DNA of 64,000 bases from a bacterium. GTDB lineage: Bacteria > Patescibacteriota > Gracilibacteria > UBA4473. Location: the NCBI GenBank assembly GCA_018648585.1, contig JABGQW010000019.1, positions 3,133 through 67,132 of the forward strand, written 5' to 3'. Below the pieces are notes generated by a model that did not search any database, was not told the DNA's origin, and saw only the letters and a program-made list of their open reading frames with translations. Shown here piece by piece: positions 26,751 through 37,403 of this stretch; position 1 is the stretch's first letter, and every line of letters starts with the position of its first letter. Position numbers and translations under genes: made by a program.

Positions 26751-29657
26751 ATGAACAAATTCCTCGCCAGCATTCTCGTGTCTGTATTTTTAGTTGGAAG
26801 CTCGCCTGCCACCGCAGAAGCGAGTTTTTGGGATTGGATTTTTTCACAGAGGGAAACTGAAAATGCCGAGAAAACTCAAAGAATCGAAGAAAAACTGGAA
26901 AGAAAAGAAATGATACGCAAACAAGCGGAGACTAAACGTGAAAAAAAAGAACAGAAATTTTGGGATCGATTTTTGAACTCCGATCGCGGTGAGGCGGCAC
27001 CCAGGCCGCAAACAAATGTTGAAACCTATTTAGATGGACAACTCGAAATTTTTGAAGATTTGTCATACGCAAACACCAGCGATTCTCAAAAATTAGATCT
27101 CTACGTTCCAGTCAATTCTACAAATTTACCGCTGGTCGTATGGATCCACGGCGGATCTTTTACCGGTGGCGACAAAGCCAACAAACCAAAAATCGAAGTT
27201 CTCAAAGAGATAGCAAATGATGGTTACGCCGTTGCCTCCATAAATTATCGTTTTATTCAAGAATCTATGTGGCCGGCACAATTGTACGACGCAAAAGCGG
27301 CCATTCGCTGGCTCAGAGCATCTGCCGATCAATTTGGTTTTGACGCGAATAAAATCGCCGTGATTGGTGGATCTGCCGGCGCAAATCTCGCATCGCTTCT
27401 CGGCACAACCGGAGGAATTCAAAGTCTCGAAGGAACGGAAGGAACATATTTATCCCATTCGAGTGAAGTTTCCGCGGTCATAGATTTAAGTGGAGTATCC
27501 GGCGCCATCCCGCCCACCGGAACCACTGATTACGAAAATATTAGCAGAAAAATTACGAAAGCCACCGGATGCCAAAATATTGAATCTTGTCCCGAACTTG
27601 AAAGTTTTGGTGCGATAAATTACGTCACATCGGATGATCCACCATTTTTCATTATTCACGCACAAGATGATCCGATTGTCCCCATTTCACAGAGTAATGC
27701 CTTCCAGGAAGTTTTAATTGAAAATGGCATTCCTGTTGAATATTTACAAGACGAAAGTGACATCCACGGAGCAAATCTTCTCGATCCATTTTCGGGATAC
27801 ATTTTGGATTTTTTGAACGAATATTTGAGAAAATCTCCCAACACTCCACCGGTTCAAACCACCGAACAACAAACATACGACGTAAGAGTCATTTCAAATT
27901 TGCACGTGGCAACGATCGATGGTTTTTATCTCACGATGAATTTGTATTTGCCAGAAAATTATGACGGAAAAATTCCCGTCGTCGTCTGGACACACGGTGG
28001 TGGCGTCACACCAACGCCGATGGATAAATTCCCGGCAACAAATGAAATCGCAGAAATGGGATTTGCCGTGGCAAAAATCGATTATCGTCCAACCTCTGTA
28101 ACGACCGATCATTTGGCAAAAATTCATGATGTCAAAGCCGCCGTCCGTTGGCTTCGCGCACACGCCGACGAATACAATCTCGATTCTGAAAATTTTGCCG
28201 CACTTGGTTCTTCCACCGGTGGAATGCTCTCGGCGCTTCTCGGTACGAGTGGCGACGTAGAAGCGCTCGAAGGAAATGTTGGCGGGAACCTCTTTGTTTC
28301 AAGTCAAGTTCAAGCGGTTGTTGATTTGTACGGAGCAACCGATTTGATTGCGAATCTCGACGATATTGGAAACGCACAAAAAGAAATTCGAAAACAAATT
28401 TCATTTTTTGGATGTTCCGCACTTGAATGTCCAAACGAACTGCAAGAAGTGAGCGCGATGACATACGTAAGCAATGACGATCCGCCATTTTTAATTCTCC
28501 ATGGAGGGCAAGATTTCGGCGTTCCGGTAAAACAAAGTGAACGACTGCTCAATGGTCTCACGCAAGTCGGCGTCGCAGCTGAACTCATTGTAGATGACCG
28601 ATACGGCCACGATCAAGGAATTTTATACGAACCAGAAAATTTCACAAAAGTGATCAACTTTTTGAATAAACATTTGAAAGAAATTTCTTCAGAAACGACT
28701 ATTGGTTCACCAACTACTAGTTCACCAACCGCTGTGTCAATGAACAATCAACAATATTCTCAAAATAAAAACAAAAAAATACAACCACTCCGCCCACAAC
28801 CAATCAATGAAAATCCAAAGGCTTCAATTCATACCGATTTTTCGGTATTTTATCATCCCCAAACAGAAGAATTACTAAATATTTTTTTACCAGAAGGCAA
28901 TGGTCCATTTCCCATGATGATAAGTATTAATTCCAACGGAGCAAAGCCAAACGTACCACAACAATATGAATTTTTGAGAGAAAATGGAATCGCAGTCGCA
29001 AGTGTCGGAATCCGATATTTTGAAGAAGAAATTCTTTTTCCTACTCCGATAGAAGATGCAAAAGCCGCAATTCGATACCTTCGAGTGCACGCCGCTGAAT
29101 TTGGAATCGATCCGAATCGAATTGGAGTGTACGGAAGTAGCAAAAATGGAATGCTCGCATCCTTTTTGGGAACGACTGGTGATGAAACACAATTTGACGT
29201 GGGAACAAATCTAAACGTCAGCAGCAAGGTGCAAATGGTGTTAAATCTGTCAGGACATACCGATATGACAAATTTTTATAAGGATGGAATAAACGATCCT
29301 GATGTCACGATGAGCTGGGAAACGTATGAAAATAAAACTCCACGATATCTCGGCTGCGACCCAAATCTTTTGAATGGCACAGGATGTTTGCAAGTTGAAA
29401 CTACTGCCAGTGCACTGACATACGTGAGTGTCGGAGATGCATCAGAATTTTTGGTGCTCGGCACGGATGACCATCTTGTCCCGGAAATACAAATGACACG
29501 ATTTTATTCGGAACTACAAGAAGCGAACATTCCAACTGAATATTTACTTGTACCAGTAGCCGGACACGGAGTGGCAAATCAACTCACCAATACGCACAAA
29601 CAACAAATTGTAGATTTTATCAACGCAAATTGGTCACAACTCATAGAAAATATTTGA
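26751..29657 (+). CDS. secreted protein with three tandem alpha/beta-hydrolase (esterase/lipase) domains
   Basis: Signal peptide. Domain 1 has VVWIHGGSF + GGSAGANL, domain 2 has VVWTHGGGV + GSSTGGML, domain 3 has MMISINSNG + GSSKNGML (degenerate). Confidence 0.85.
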   Translation: MNKFLASILVSVFLVGSSPATAEASFWDWIFSQRETENAEKTQRIEEKLERKEMIRKQAETKREKKEQKFWDRFLNSDRGEAAPRPQTNVETYLDGQLEIFEDLSYANTSDSQKLDLYVPVNSTNLPLVVWIHGGSFTGGDKANKPKIEVLKEIANDGYAVASINYRFIQESMWPAQLYDAKAAIRWLRASADQFGFDANKIAVIGGSAGANLASLLGTTGGIQSLEGTEGTYLSHSSEVSAVIDLSGVSGAIPPTGTTDYENISRKITKATGCQNIESCPELESFGAINYVTSDDPPFFIIHAQDDPIVPISQSNAFQEVLIENGIPVEYLQDESDIHGANLLDPFSGYILDFLNEYLRKSPNTPPVQTTEQQTYDVRVISNLHVATIDGFYLTMNLYLPENYDGKIPVVVWTHGGGVTPTPMDKFPATNEIAEMGFAVAKIDYRPTSVTTDHLAKIHDVKAAVRWLRAHADEYNLDSENFAALGSSTGGMLSALLGTSGDVEALEGNVGGNLFVSSQVQAVVDLYGATDLIANLDDIGNAQKEIRKQISFFGCSALECPNELQEVSAMTYVSNDDPPFLILHGGQDFGVPVKQSERLLNGLTQVGVAAELIVDDRYGHDQGILYEPENFTKVINFLNKHLKEISSETTIGSPTTSSPTAVSMNNQQYSQNKNKKIQPLRPQPINENPKASIHTDFSVFYHPQTEELLNIFLPEGNGPFPMMISINSNGAKPNVPQQYEFLRENGIAVASVGIRYFEEEILFPTPIEDAKAAIRYLRVHAAEFGIDPNRIGVYGSSKNGMLASFLGTTGDETQFDVGTNLNVSSKVQMVLNLSGHTDMTNFYKDGINDPDVTMSWETYENKTPRYLGCDPNLLNGTGCLQVETTASALTYVSVGDASEFLVLGTDDHLVPEIQMTRFYSELQEANIPTEYLLVPVAGHGVANQLTNTHKQQIVDFINANWSQLIENI

Positions 29658-29688
29658 AAATTTCGTCTGAAATTTTAGAATTCCGGTG

Positions 29689-29919
29689 ATGAAAAAATTT
29701 CTTGCCGTATTCGTTTTCGGACTTTTGCTCACTGCTTGCGGAACCGCGCCCGCAGAAGAAACTGCGCCCAAAAATACATCGCCCGCAACGAATCAAACCG
29801 CGGAGGGACTGACCGGGTACGAGCGCTGCGTCAACGGCGGCGGACAAATTCTCGGAGAAAAAACACCGCATCGCTGCTTGCTCGACGCGCGAATGTATTT
29901 GGAAAAAGTAGAAAAATAA
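29689..29919 (+). CDS. small lipoprotein, unknown function
   Basis: MKKFLAVFVFGLLLTACG lipobox. ATG 29689 is preferred over GTG 29686. Confidence 0.6.
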   Translation: MKKFLAVFVFGLLLTACGTAPAEETAPKNTSPATNQTAEGLTGYERCVNGGGQILGEKTPHRCLLDARMYLEKVEK

Positions 29920-29946
29920 AAAAACGCGAAAAATACTTTTTACCGT

Positions 29947-30351
29947 TTATTCAAGGCAAATATTCATAATTTCAACTTTGCCAGTACTTTCAATGAACCA
30001 AATTCCCTGAGCAATATCTGATTCATTCCACACAGTTTCAATTGGTATTTCCCCGAGTGCGTCCCAATTTTCGGATATTTCTTCGGATGATTCTTTGACT
30101 TCTAGCCGATAAAATGGCTCTTGTGGCATACATCCATGTTCACCGCCCTCTTCTCGAATTACTGCAATATTTAATCGTTCCTCCACAAGTGACTCTATTA
30201 ATTTTCCCCGAATATTTTCAAGTTGAACCGCTTCTGGATGAGCACTGGATGGCACCAAATCTTTATTATCAATCGATATCGCACACCCAAAAAACAATGA
30301 GATAGAAAAAATACAAACCAGAAAAAATGATTTTTGAAATAATATTTTCAT
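29947..30351 (-). CDS. lipoprotein, unknown function
   Basis: 134 aa, signal + lipobox (SLFFGC). A+T-rich. Confidence 0.6.
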   Translation of the reverse strand: MKILFQKSFFLVCIFSISLFFGCAISIDNKDLVPSSAHPEAVQLENIRGKLIESLVEERLNIAVIREEGGEHGCMPQEPFYRLEVKESSEEISENWDALGEIPIETVWNESDIAQGIWFIESTGKVEIMNICLE

Positions 30352-30402
30352 CCAGTTGTTGAATAATTAAATATGACTCGTTTCTTTTACTCAATTTCAC
30401 TT

Positions 30403-30442
30403 AAATTTGCAAAAAAATAGAAATGAAATCTTTTGCAAATTT
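30403..30442. repeat. 12-bp perfect inverted repeat downstream of tRNA-Phe / upstream of the lipoprotein gene
   Basis: aaatttgcaaaa (30403-30414) and ttttgcaaattt (30431-30442) are separated by 16 nt. Confidence 0.6.
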
Positions 30443-30487
30443 CGCGCACACAAAATAAGTCACCGATAAAATATCCGAGAAACGAAA

Positions 30488-30562
30488 TGGTGGCGCGAGG
30501 TAGAATTGAACTACCGACACAGGGATTTTCAGTCCCTTGCTCTACCACTGAGCTACCGCGCC
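30488..30562 (-). tRNA. tRNA-Phe (GAA), CCA encoded
   Basis: Reverse complement reads GGCGCGGTAGCTCAGTGGTAGAGCAAGGGACTGAAAATCCCTGTGTCGGTAGTTCAATTCTACCTCGCGCCACCA. Folds as a cloverleaf with anticodon loop CTGAAAA. Confidence 0.95.
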
Positions 30563-30564
30563 AT

Positions 30565-30689
30565 CGTCGTCGGTGGATTCGTGGTTTTCATTTTTTTCAA
30601 AAAAAACTTCAACCACTCCACAACCGCCTTCTCACCTCGCAAAACACATCACAACTTTTGTTTTGGAATTTTGCTCGGGAAAGTTTTTT
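30565..30689 (+). repeat. repeat element copy A (abuts the tRNA-Phe 5' end)
   Basis: cgtcgtcggtggatt...cgcaaaacacatcacaacttttgttttggaattttgctcggg aligns with the reverse complement of 46771-46901. Confidence 0.7.
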
Positions 30690-30738
30690 ATCAAAAGAAC
30701 GCACGAATTGTACGAAAAAGGAAATTTCCGTCAAATTT

Positions 30739-31287
30739 TTACGCAGGCAAAATCACAAATTCCGTTTTGTCCTCCGGTAATTTTGATCGTGAAATTTCGA
30801 TCGGATTTTCTTCTGCGATCTGCGCGCCCGTGAGTTCTCGAATTTCTGGAAAAAACTGCGGATCTCCGCCAAAAATAACCATCCGCGGATCGAGTTCGTC
30901 AATCATTTTTTTCGCTGTTTTGGGGTCCAAACTTTCCGACAACGCGATCAACAAAACGTCGACATTTTCTCCGAGATCATCGAGAATATTTTTTTCAGAA
31001 ACAATTTTAACACCGGAAAAATGCGCAAAAACAACGTCGTCAAAAACCATTTTGAAAACAAGATTTCCAGATTTTGGTTGAATTCCTCGGATCAAAATAT
31101 TGGAAATTTCAAACTCGCCCGGAAACGAAAGAACTTTTTTTGTGTCCAATTTTTCCAAATTTTCCCCCGTGCTCGTCGTGACAAAATCGAGTTTTTTTTC
31201 TGAAAAATCTGCAGGCGGATCCAGCGCCACGTGCGCATTTTTGGATTGGATCCCAAACGTCGAACCGCCGAAAAATTGAATTTTCAT
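30739..31287 (-). CDS. MBL-fold-like protein lacking the HxHxDH metal motif
   Basis: ORF trimmed to ATG 31287 (MKIQFFGGSTFGIQ). Layout resembles UPF0173/Lactamase_B-type proteins, but the His motif is replaced (FVTTSTGEN). Confidence 0.45.
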   Translation of the reverse strand: MKIQFFGGSTFGIQSKNAHVALDPPADFSEKKLDFVTTSTGENLEKLDTKKVLSFPGEFEISNILIRGIQPKSGNLVFKMVFDDVVFAHFSGVKIVSEKNILDDLGENVDVLLIALSESLDPKTAKKMIDELDPRMVIFGGDPQFFPEIRELTGAQIAEENPIEISRSKLPEDKTEFVILPA

Positions 31288-31340
31288 TTTTTTCACGTAA
31301 ATTGTCGGCGAGATTGTAAAAAATTTTCGAGAAAAAGTCG

Positions 31341-31796
31341 ATGAAAAAAGTTCTGGAACAAACGATTCCGCATCAAAAATCCACGCAGGATTTTGCAAAA
31401 AAATTGGTCGATGAATTTTTGGCAGGCGAAAAAAACTTCACGATTTTTTTTGAAGGCGGGCTGGGCACCGGAAAAACTTTTTTGGTTCGCGAGATTTTGA
31501 AAAACTTCGGCGTGACGGAAAAAGTTTCGAGTCCGACTTTTATTTTTGTGAACGAGTTTCACGCGGGCGAACGAAAGTGGGCGCACTTCGATCTGTACCG
31601 ACTGAAAAATCAGGACGAATTTTTTGCGCGCGGATTTGACGAAATCGCGGTCGACGAAACTGTTTCGAAATTTGTCGAGTGGCCGGAACGCATCGGCGCG
31701 GACGTGCAGCGACATTTTTCGGGGAAACATTTCATCGTGCAAATTTCGCACGGCGTCGGCGCAGGAATGCGAAAAATTAAACTTTTGACACAATGA
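31341..31796 (+). CDS. tsaE: tRNA t6A37 biosynthesis ATPase TsaE
   Basis: P-loop GGLGTGKTFL, SSPTFIFVNEF, HFDLYRL. Confidence 0.9.
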   Translation: MKKVLEQTIPHQKSTQDFAKKLVDEFLAGEKNFTIFFEGGLGTGKTFLVREILKNFGVTEKVSSPTFIFVNEFHAGERKWAHFDLYRLKNQDEFFARGFDEIAVDETVSKFVEWPERIGADVQRHFSGKHFIVQISHGVGAGMRKIKLLTQ

Positions 31797-32767
31797 TCCA
31801 AAATTTATTTTTGCTCACCGGCGAGGACGATTTTCGGCTGCGGGAGCGGGCGCGGATTTTGCGCGACGGGTTTGGGAAAAAATATCCCGACGGCGATTTG
31901 GAAATTTTTGAGACGAAATCCGAGCTGCGAAATTTGGAAAATTTGGTTTTGACGCCGAATCTTTTTGGCGGGCGGCGGCTCGCGGTCTGCGACGAATTTT
32001 GGAACGCGGAGAAATTTGAGGCGGCAGAAAAATCAAAGTTTTTTGAACGGCTGCCAGGATTTTCCGAAACCGCGACCGTGATCGCGCTCGAACCGAAACT
32101 CGACAAACGCACAAAATGGGCGAAATTTTTGCTGGCACACGCACGCGTGGAAAATTTTGATCAACTCGACGAATCGCAGTTGTTGCGCTGGATCGAGCAG
32201 CGCACGGAAAGATTGGGCGGAGAAATTTCGAGAAGTTGTGCAAAATTTTTACTCAACCGCTGCGGGCCAAATCTCTGGACGCTGTCGGGCGAACTCGGAA
32301 AAATTGTGATGTGCGCAGGCGAAGAAAAAATTGACGAAAAGTTAATCACCGAACTTTCACGGCCACGACCGCAGCTCGAGATTTGGGATTTTTTGGAAAA
32401 TGTTTCTCGACAAAACGCGATCGGCGCGGTGGAAAAATTTCGGTCGCTGCTGGTTCTCGGACAGCCAGTGCAAATGATTTTTTCGATGCTGCAGCGCGAA
32501 ATCCGCATCCACGCGCAGCTCCGAGCGGGACTGAATCAACATTTGTCGGCGCCAGAAATCGCGAAAATTACAAAATTGCATCCGTTCGTCGTGCAAAAAA
32601 CTTTGAATTTATCGAAAAATTTTTCCGCAAAAAAAATCCGAAAAATGTACGACGAACTTTTTGAAATTGAAAAACGGATGAAATCTGGCGGAATCATCAC
32701 CAGCGTGAACGACGCAGGAGAGCTCGAACTCGCGATCGAGAAATTTATTGTGAATTTGTGCGCGTAA
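31793..32767 (+). CDS. holA: DNA polymerase III delta subunit
   Basis: 324 aa. LLTGEDDFRL start and overall HolA-like organisation. ATGA overlap with tsaE. Confidence 0.8.
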   Translation: MIQNLFLLTGEDDFRLRERARILRDGFGKKYPDGDLEIFETKSELRNLENLVLTPNLFGGRRLAVCDEFWNAEKFEAAEKSKFFERLPGFSETATVIALEPKLDKRTKWAKFLLAHARVENFDQLDESQLLRWIEQRTERLGGEISRSCAKFLLNRCGPNLWTLSGELGKIVMCAGEEKIDEKLITELSRPRPQLEIWDFLENVSRQNAIGAVEKFRSLLVLGQPVQMIFSMLQREIRIHAQLRAGLNQHLSAPEIAKITKLHPFVVQKTLNLSKNFSAKKIRKMYDELFEIEKRMKSGGIITSVNDAGELELAIEKFIVNLCA

Positions 32768-32831
32768 AAAAAATAAATTTCAAAATCTTGTCAACTCGAT
32801 TTTCCGATTCGACTGCGCTAAAATTTTCAAA

Positions 32832-33593
32832 ATGACTGAAACTTTTTTTATCATCTGCGCCGTCGTCGCCGGAACACTTTTCGGAAGTTTCGCAACGCTG
32901 CTCGTGTGGCGATTGCATTTCGACGAAAAAGGAATTTTTTTCGGGCGGAGTCGCTGCCCACAGTGTCGGAAAATTTTGTCCGCGATCGAGTTGATTCCTG
33001 TGTTTTCGTGGTTTTTGCAAAAAGGTCGGTGCAAAAAATGTGGAAAAAAAATCCCAATTTTTTACCCGATCACCGAAATTATTTTCGCCGCAACGTTCGG
33101 AATTTTTGCCGTGAAATTTGGCGGAACCGAAAATTTTTGGCCGATGATTTTCGCCGCATTTTTTGCGCTGTTGCTCTGGATTTACGATTTCAAATTTTCC
33201 GAAGTTGACCGCCGGATCTCGTTTCCCGCGATCGCGATCGCAATTGGCTGGGCGTTTTTCCGCGACGGAACGGAAATTTTTTTGATCGGCGGCGCGATCG
33301 GCACAGGATTTTTTGCGATTCAATATTTTGCGTCCCGCGGAAAATGGGTCGGACTCGGCGATCTCGAACTCGGCGCGCTGATGGGATTTTTACTCGGCTG
33401 GAAATTGCTGCTCGGCGCCCTTTTTCTGGCGTACATTTTAGGAACGTTTTGGGCGATTCCACTTTTGATTTTGAAAAAAGCGACCGGAAAAACACCGCTC
33501 CCGCTCGGCGCATTTTTGATGCCAGCGCTGCTGGTTTTTCTGCACTCGGGCGACAAAATTGTGAACTGGTATTTTGGGTTTCTGGGATGGTAA
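32832..33593 (+). CDS. prepilin (type IV) leader peptidase, A24 family
   Basis: CPQCRKIL...CKKCGKKI zinc motif and polytopic A24 body with conserved Asp regions (GLGDLELGALMG). Confidence 0.85.
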   Translation: MTETFFIICAVVAGTLFGSFATLLVWRLHFDEKGIFFGRSRCPQCRKILSAIELIPVFSWFLQKGRCKKCGKKIPIFYPITEIIFAATFGIFAVKFGGTENFWPMIFAAFFALLLWIYDFKFSEVDRRISFPAIAIAIGWAFFRDGTEIFLIGGAIGTGFFAIQYFASRGKWVGLGDLELGALMGFLLGWKLLLGALFLAYILGTFWAIPLLILKKATGKTPLPLGAFLMPALLVFLHSGDKIVNWYFGFLGW

Positions 33594-33741
33594 AAAGTGG
33601 GAACACCACAAAATTTTGACGGAAAAACTCGCTCGGTTTTTTGTTTTTTCGCAAAATGGATTTTATTGTTTTTTCAGCGTTTTTTAAAAACATTCGCAAA
33701 ATCTGGACTTTCTCCCGCATTTAAACTACTCTGCCGCCCGC

Positions 33742-35841
33742 ATGGTTATTTCTGTGACAGATCTCGCAAAAAAATTAGCAATCGCTCCAGAAGCTGTTCA
33801 GCTTCACGCGATGGATTTAGATTTTGAAATTCCCGAGGACGAACTGGTTCCGGACGAAATCGCCGCCACGATTGAAAAATTGGAAATTGGCAACGAAATC
33901 GCGCAGACCGAGCACGAAATCGAAGAAAAACTGGAACGAGAAATCGTCGAAAAACAGCAAGAAAAAACCGCCGGGAGTCAGAAAAAAATCCAGAAGAAAA
34001 AAGGAGAACAACAGAAAACCAGACTTGAAAAACTCGAAGAACGACAAGAAGTCGAAACAAAAACGATGGACGACGGCACGATTATTTTGCCGGAAGAAAT
34101 GACCATTCGCGAGCTCGCGGTAAAAATTGGGAAACCGATTCCGATCGTGCTGGTCAAAATGAAACAGAACGGAATCATCGCAAATTTGAAAGAAAACGTC
34201 GACTACGAAACCGCCGCAATCATCGCCGGAGAACTCGGAATCATTGTGAAAAAAGAAGCCGCGGAACTTTCCGGAGAAGATTTGTTTCGTGGAGATTTAA
34301 AAAGTTTGCTCGCCGAAGAAGAAATCGATCAGCTCAAACGTCGCCCAGCGGTAATTTCGATCATGGGACACGTCGATCACGGAAAAACTTCAATTTTGGA
34401 TTACCTTCGAAAAGCGACCGTCGCGACCGGCGAAGCGGGCGGAATCACGCAACGAATTGGTGCGTACCAACTGGAAACAAACGAACAACTCATTACTTTT
34501 CTTGACACGCCCGGACACGAAGCATTCACAACGATGCGCGCTCGTGGAGCGCACGCCACCGACATCGCGATTCTCGTGGTGGCAGCAAACGAAGGCGTCA
34601 AACCACAAACAATCGAAGCGATCAATCACGCACGTGCTGCGGAAATTCCGATTATCGTCGCGATCAACAAAATGGACATCGACGGCGCCAATCCTGATTT
34701 TGTAAAAAAAGCGCTCGCCGAACACGACGTCAATCCCGACGACTGGGGCGGCGACACACCGTGTGTTCCCGTGAGTGCAAAAACTGGAAATGGAATCAAT
34801 GAATTACTCGAAACCGTCGTCACGCTCGCAGAATTGCAAGATTTGAAAGCAAACCCAAACCGAAGTGCGATCTGCACCGTGATCGAAGCGTCGATGGATC
34901 CGCGATCCGGGATGAGCGCCACACTGCTCGTCAACGCAGGAACTTTGAAAAAAAGCGACGCATTTGTGATTTACGATCAACAGGGAAAAATTCGGACGAT
35001 GAAAAATTTCCGTGGTGAAGAAATCACCACTGCCGGTCCGAGCACGCCGGTTCAGATCACGGGATTGACAAAATTACCGCAGATGGGAGATCTGCTCCAG
35101 GTGGTGAAATCGGACAAAATTGCGCGAAAAAAAGCGGAAGAAGTCGCAAACATTCGGCACGACGATGATCTGACAAAACGAAAACGCGCCTCGCTCGCGA
35201 CGCTCAAAGCAAAAATTGCGGAGGGAAAACTCGGGCAGCTCAAAATCGTTGCGAAATCCGATTCGAATGGAACGCTCGAAGCAGTCGTCGACGAATTGGA
35301 AAAAATCAAAACCGACGAATCAATCGTCAAAGTCATTCACTCGGGCGTCGGCGAAATCAGCGAATCGGACGTGATGCTCGCCAGCGCGGGCGAAGCGGTC
35401 GTCGTCGGATTCAACGTCAAAACCGCCGGACGGATTGAAAAAATGGCAGAAAATGAGGGCGTCAAACTTTTGACGTTCGACGTGATTTATCATTTGACGG
35501 AGAAAGTTTTAGAAATTTTGGAGGGAAAATCAGACGACGAAGATGTCGAAACGGTTGTCGGAGAAATGATTTTGAAAGGTGTTTTTGCCGCGAATAAAAA
35601 AATGGCCGTTCTCGGTGGCGACGTGACTTCTGGAAAATTGAAAGCAAAAATTTCGTTCCGCCAATTCCGTGGAGAAGCCGAAGAACCGCTTGGAACGGGA
35701 ATGATAAATTCTGTGCAGATCGGACAAAAAATTGTCGCCGAAGCGAACGAGGGCGTCGAGTGCGGAATGAAAATCAAACACAACGAACTGATTTTTGAAA
35801 TCGGAGATCGACTCGAGTTTTTCACCGGAGGGAAAAAATAG
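33742..35841 (+). CDS. infB: translation initiation factor IF-2
   Basis: 699 aa. GTPase motifs [23 protein letters not shown]-2 C-terminal domains. Confidence 0.95.
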   Translation: MVISVTDLAKKLAIAPEAVQLHAMDLDFEIPEDELVPDEIAATIEKLEIGNEIAQTEHEIEEKLEREIVEKQQEKTAGSQKKIQKKKGEQQKTRLEKLEERQEVETKTMDDGTIILPEEMTIRELAVKIGKPIPIVLVKMKQNGIIANLKENVDYETAAIIAGELGIIVKKEAAELSGEDLFRGDLKSLLAEEEIDQLKRRPAVISIMGHVDHGKTSILDYLRKATVATGEAGGITQRIGAYQLETNEQLITFLDTPGHEAFTTMRARGAHATDIAILVVAANEGVKPQTIEAINHARAAEIPIIVAINKMDIDGANPDFVKKALAEHDVNPDDWGGDTPCVPVSAKTGNGINELLETVVTLAELQDLKANPNRSAICTVIEASMDPRSGMSATLLVNAGTLKKSDAFVIYDQQGKIRTMKNFRGEEITTAGPSTPVQITGLTKLPQMGDLLQVVKSDKIARKKAEEVANIRHDDDLTKRKRASLATLKAKIAEGKLGQLKIVAKSDSNGTLEAVVDELEKIKTDESIVKVIHSGVGEISESDVMLASAGEAVVVGFNVKTAGRIEKMAENEGVKLLTFDVIYHLTEKVLEILEGKSDDEDVETVVGEMILKGVFAANKKMAVLGGDVTSGKLKAKISFRQFRGEAEEPLGTGMINSVQIGQKIVAEANEGVECGMKIKHNELIFEIGDRLEFFTGGKK

Positions 35842-35912
35842 TTTTAGAAAAAAAATTCTGAATATTTTTTGGAATGAAGTCTTTTTATTTTTGAGAAAAA
35901 TTTTTGCGTTCC

Positions 35913-35940
35913 TCGACAAAAAACTCTTTTTTGGTACACT
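35913..35940 (+). promoter_or_regulatory. promoter of sugar transferase gene
   Basis: TCGACA (35913-35918), 16 nt, TACACT (35935-35940). ATG lies 12 nt downstream. Confidence 0.5.
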
Positions 35941-35952
35941 CGGCCGCGGAAA

Positions 35953-37332
35953 ATGAGGAAAGTTGACATTTTTTTCGCGCTCGGACGAATCCTCAGCGAT
36001 GGGGTGATGATTTTTTTCGCGCTGATGGGCGCGTATCTTTTTCGAATGCACTGGTTCGGATTTTTCGGACTTTCCGCGCCAACAACACTCGTGCCGTTTG
36101 AACTTTTTCAAATGTACGCGCTGAAACTCACCAGCGCGCTTCTGGGAATTTTCGCGCTGAACGGGCGGTACAATTTTGATGCGGACGAAAAAATTTGGGA
36201 CGAACTCCGCAGCATTTTTTGGACGCTGACCACCGGACTCGCAATCATCATCGTGTTATTTTTCTTCCGCCAGTCACAGTTTTTTTCGCGCTGGATTTTT
36301 GGTGCGGCGTGGGGATTTTCAATTGTGTTGGTTTTTTGCGGGCGACTGATCGTGCGACATTTTCGCCGGACGTGGTGGAAAAACGGATTCGGGCGCATCC
36401 GCGTGCTGCTGCTCGGGACGGGAAAATTGTCAGAAGAAATTCAGAAATTTTTTGAAAAATCGCCGCGGTACGCGCTGCTGGAAATCGTGCCGGAAAAAAA
36501 ATTTGGGCAGCTGGGAAAATTTTTGAAAAGTTGGCATCCGTCGCTGGTGCTGCTCGCGACCGACGAACCGAGCCAACAACGCACCGGCGCACTCGCACGA
36601 CTCGCGCACTCGCACCACGCAGATTTTCATTTTTTACCGGACGAAGCCGCGCTGGACTTGGCGGCCGTTGAAATTTCAACGTTGAAAAATCATCCCGTAC
36701 TCAAACTAAAATCCACTCGAATCGGCGGCTGGGGCGCGGTGATAAAAAGCGGAATCGATCGCACTACGGCCGCGGCGGGACTGACAATTTTTTCGCCAAT
36801 TTTTGCTGCGATTGCGTGGAAAATTTGGAAACAAGATCGCGGGCCAATTTTTTACGGATCGACGCGAATCGGAAAAAATGGAAAAATGTTTCGCTGCTGG
36901 AAATTCCGATCGATGGTGATGAACGCGGACGCGCAGAAAAAAAAGTTGATGAAAAAAAATGAGCGAAAAGGCGGCGTTCTTTTTAAAATGGAAAACGATC
37001 CGCGCGTGACCGAGTTTGGAAATTTTTTGAGAAAAACGTCACTCGACGAACTTCCGCAGTTGTGGAATATTTTGTGCGGCGAAATGAGTTTAATCGGACC
37101 GCGCCCGCATCTGCCCGAGGAAGTGAAAAAATACGACGCGGATCACCACCCGCTGCTGTCGATCAAACCGGGGCTCACCGGGTACGCGCAGATCAACGGC
37201 CGTTCGAGTTTGAGTTTTGACGACGAGATGAAGTACGAACTTTTTTATCTGAAAAATTGGAGTCCGTGGCTCGATCTGATTATTTTTTTGAAAACGATTT
37301 TTCTCGTGCTGCAGCGAAAAAATTCCGCGTAA
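35953..37332 (+). CDS. polyprenyl-phosphate glycosyl-1-phosphate transferase (bacterial sugar transferase, WbaP-like)
   Basis: N-terminal TM bundle. C-terminal LDELPQLWNIL.GEMSLIGPRP and KPGLTGYAQINGR. Confidence 0.9.
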   Translation: MRKVDIFFALGRILSDGVMIFFALMGAYLFRMHWFGFFGLSAPTTLVPFELFQMYALKLTSALLGIFALNGRYNFDADEKIWDELRSIFWTLTTGLAIIIVLFFFRQSQFFSRWIFGAAWGFSIVLVFCGRLIVRHFRRTWWKNGFGRIRVLLLGTGKLSEEIQKFFEKSPRYALLEIVPEKKFGQLGKFLKSWHPSLVLLATDEPSQQRTGALARLAHSHHADFHFLPDEAALDLAAVEISTLKNHPVLKLKSTRIGGWGAVIKSGIDRTTAAAGLTIFSPIFAAIAWKIWKQDRGPIFYGSTRIGKNGKMFRCWKFRSMVMNADAQKKKLMKKNERKGGVLFKMENDPRVTEFGNFLRKTSLDELPQLWNILCGEMSLIGPRPHLPEEVKKYDADHHPLLSIKPGLTGYAQINGRSSLSFDDEMKYELFYLKNWSPWLDLIIFLKTIFLVLQRKNSA

Positions 37333-37348
37333 TTTTTGGAGGCATTTT

Positions 37349-37377
37349 TTGACCCGTGCAATTTTTGGCAGTACACT
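37349..37377 (+). promoter_or_regulatory. promoter of S41 peptidase gene
   Basis: TTGACC (37349-37354), 17 nt, TACACT (37372-37377). ATG at 37404. Confidence 0.6.
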
Positions 37378-37403
37378 CTCCCAGAGTTTTTAGAAAAAAT
37401 AAA

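Noticed and set aside
30433-31081. Plus-strand ORFs 30433..30780 and 30506..31081
   Set aside because: They run through the tRNA-Phe gene and the repeat element, and the second is antisense to the MBL-like gene. The tRNA call explains the conserved sequence.
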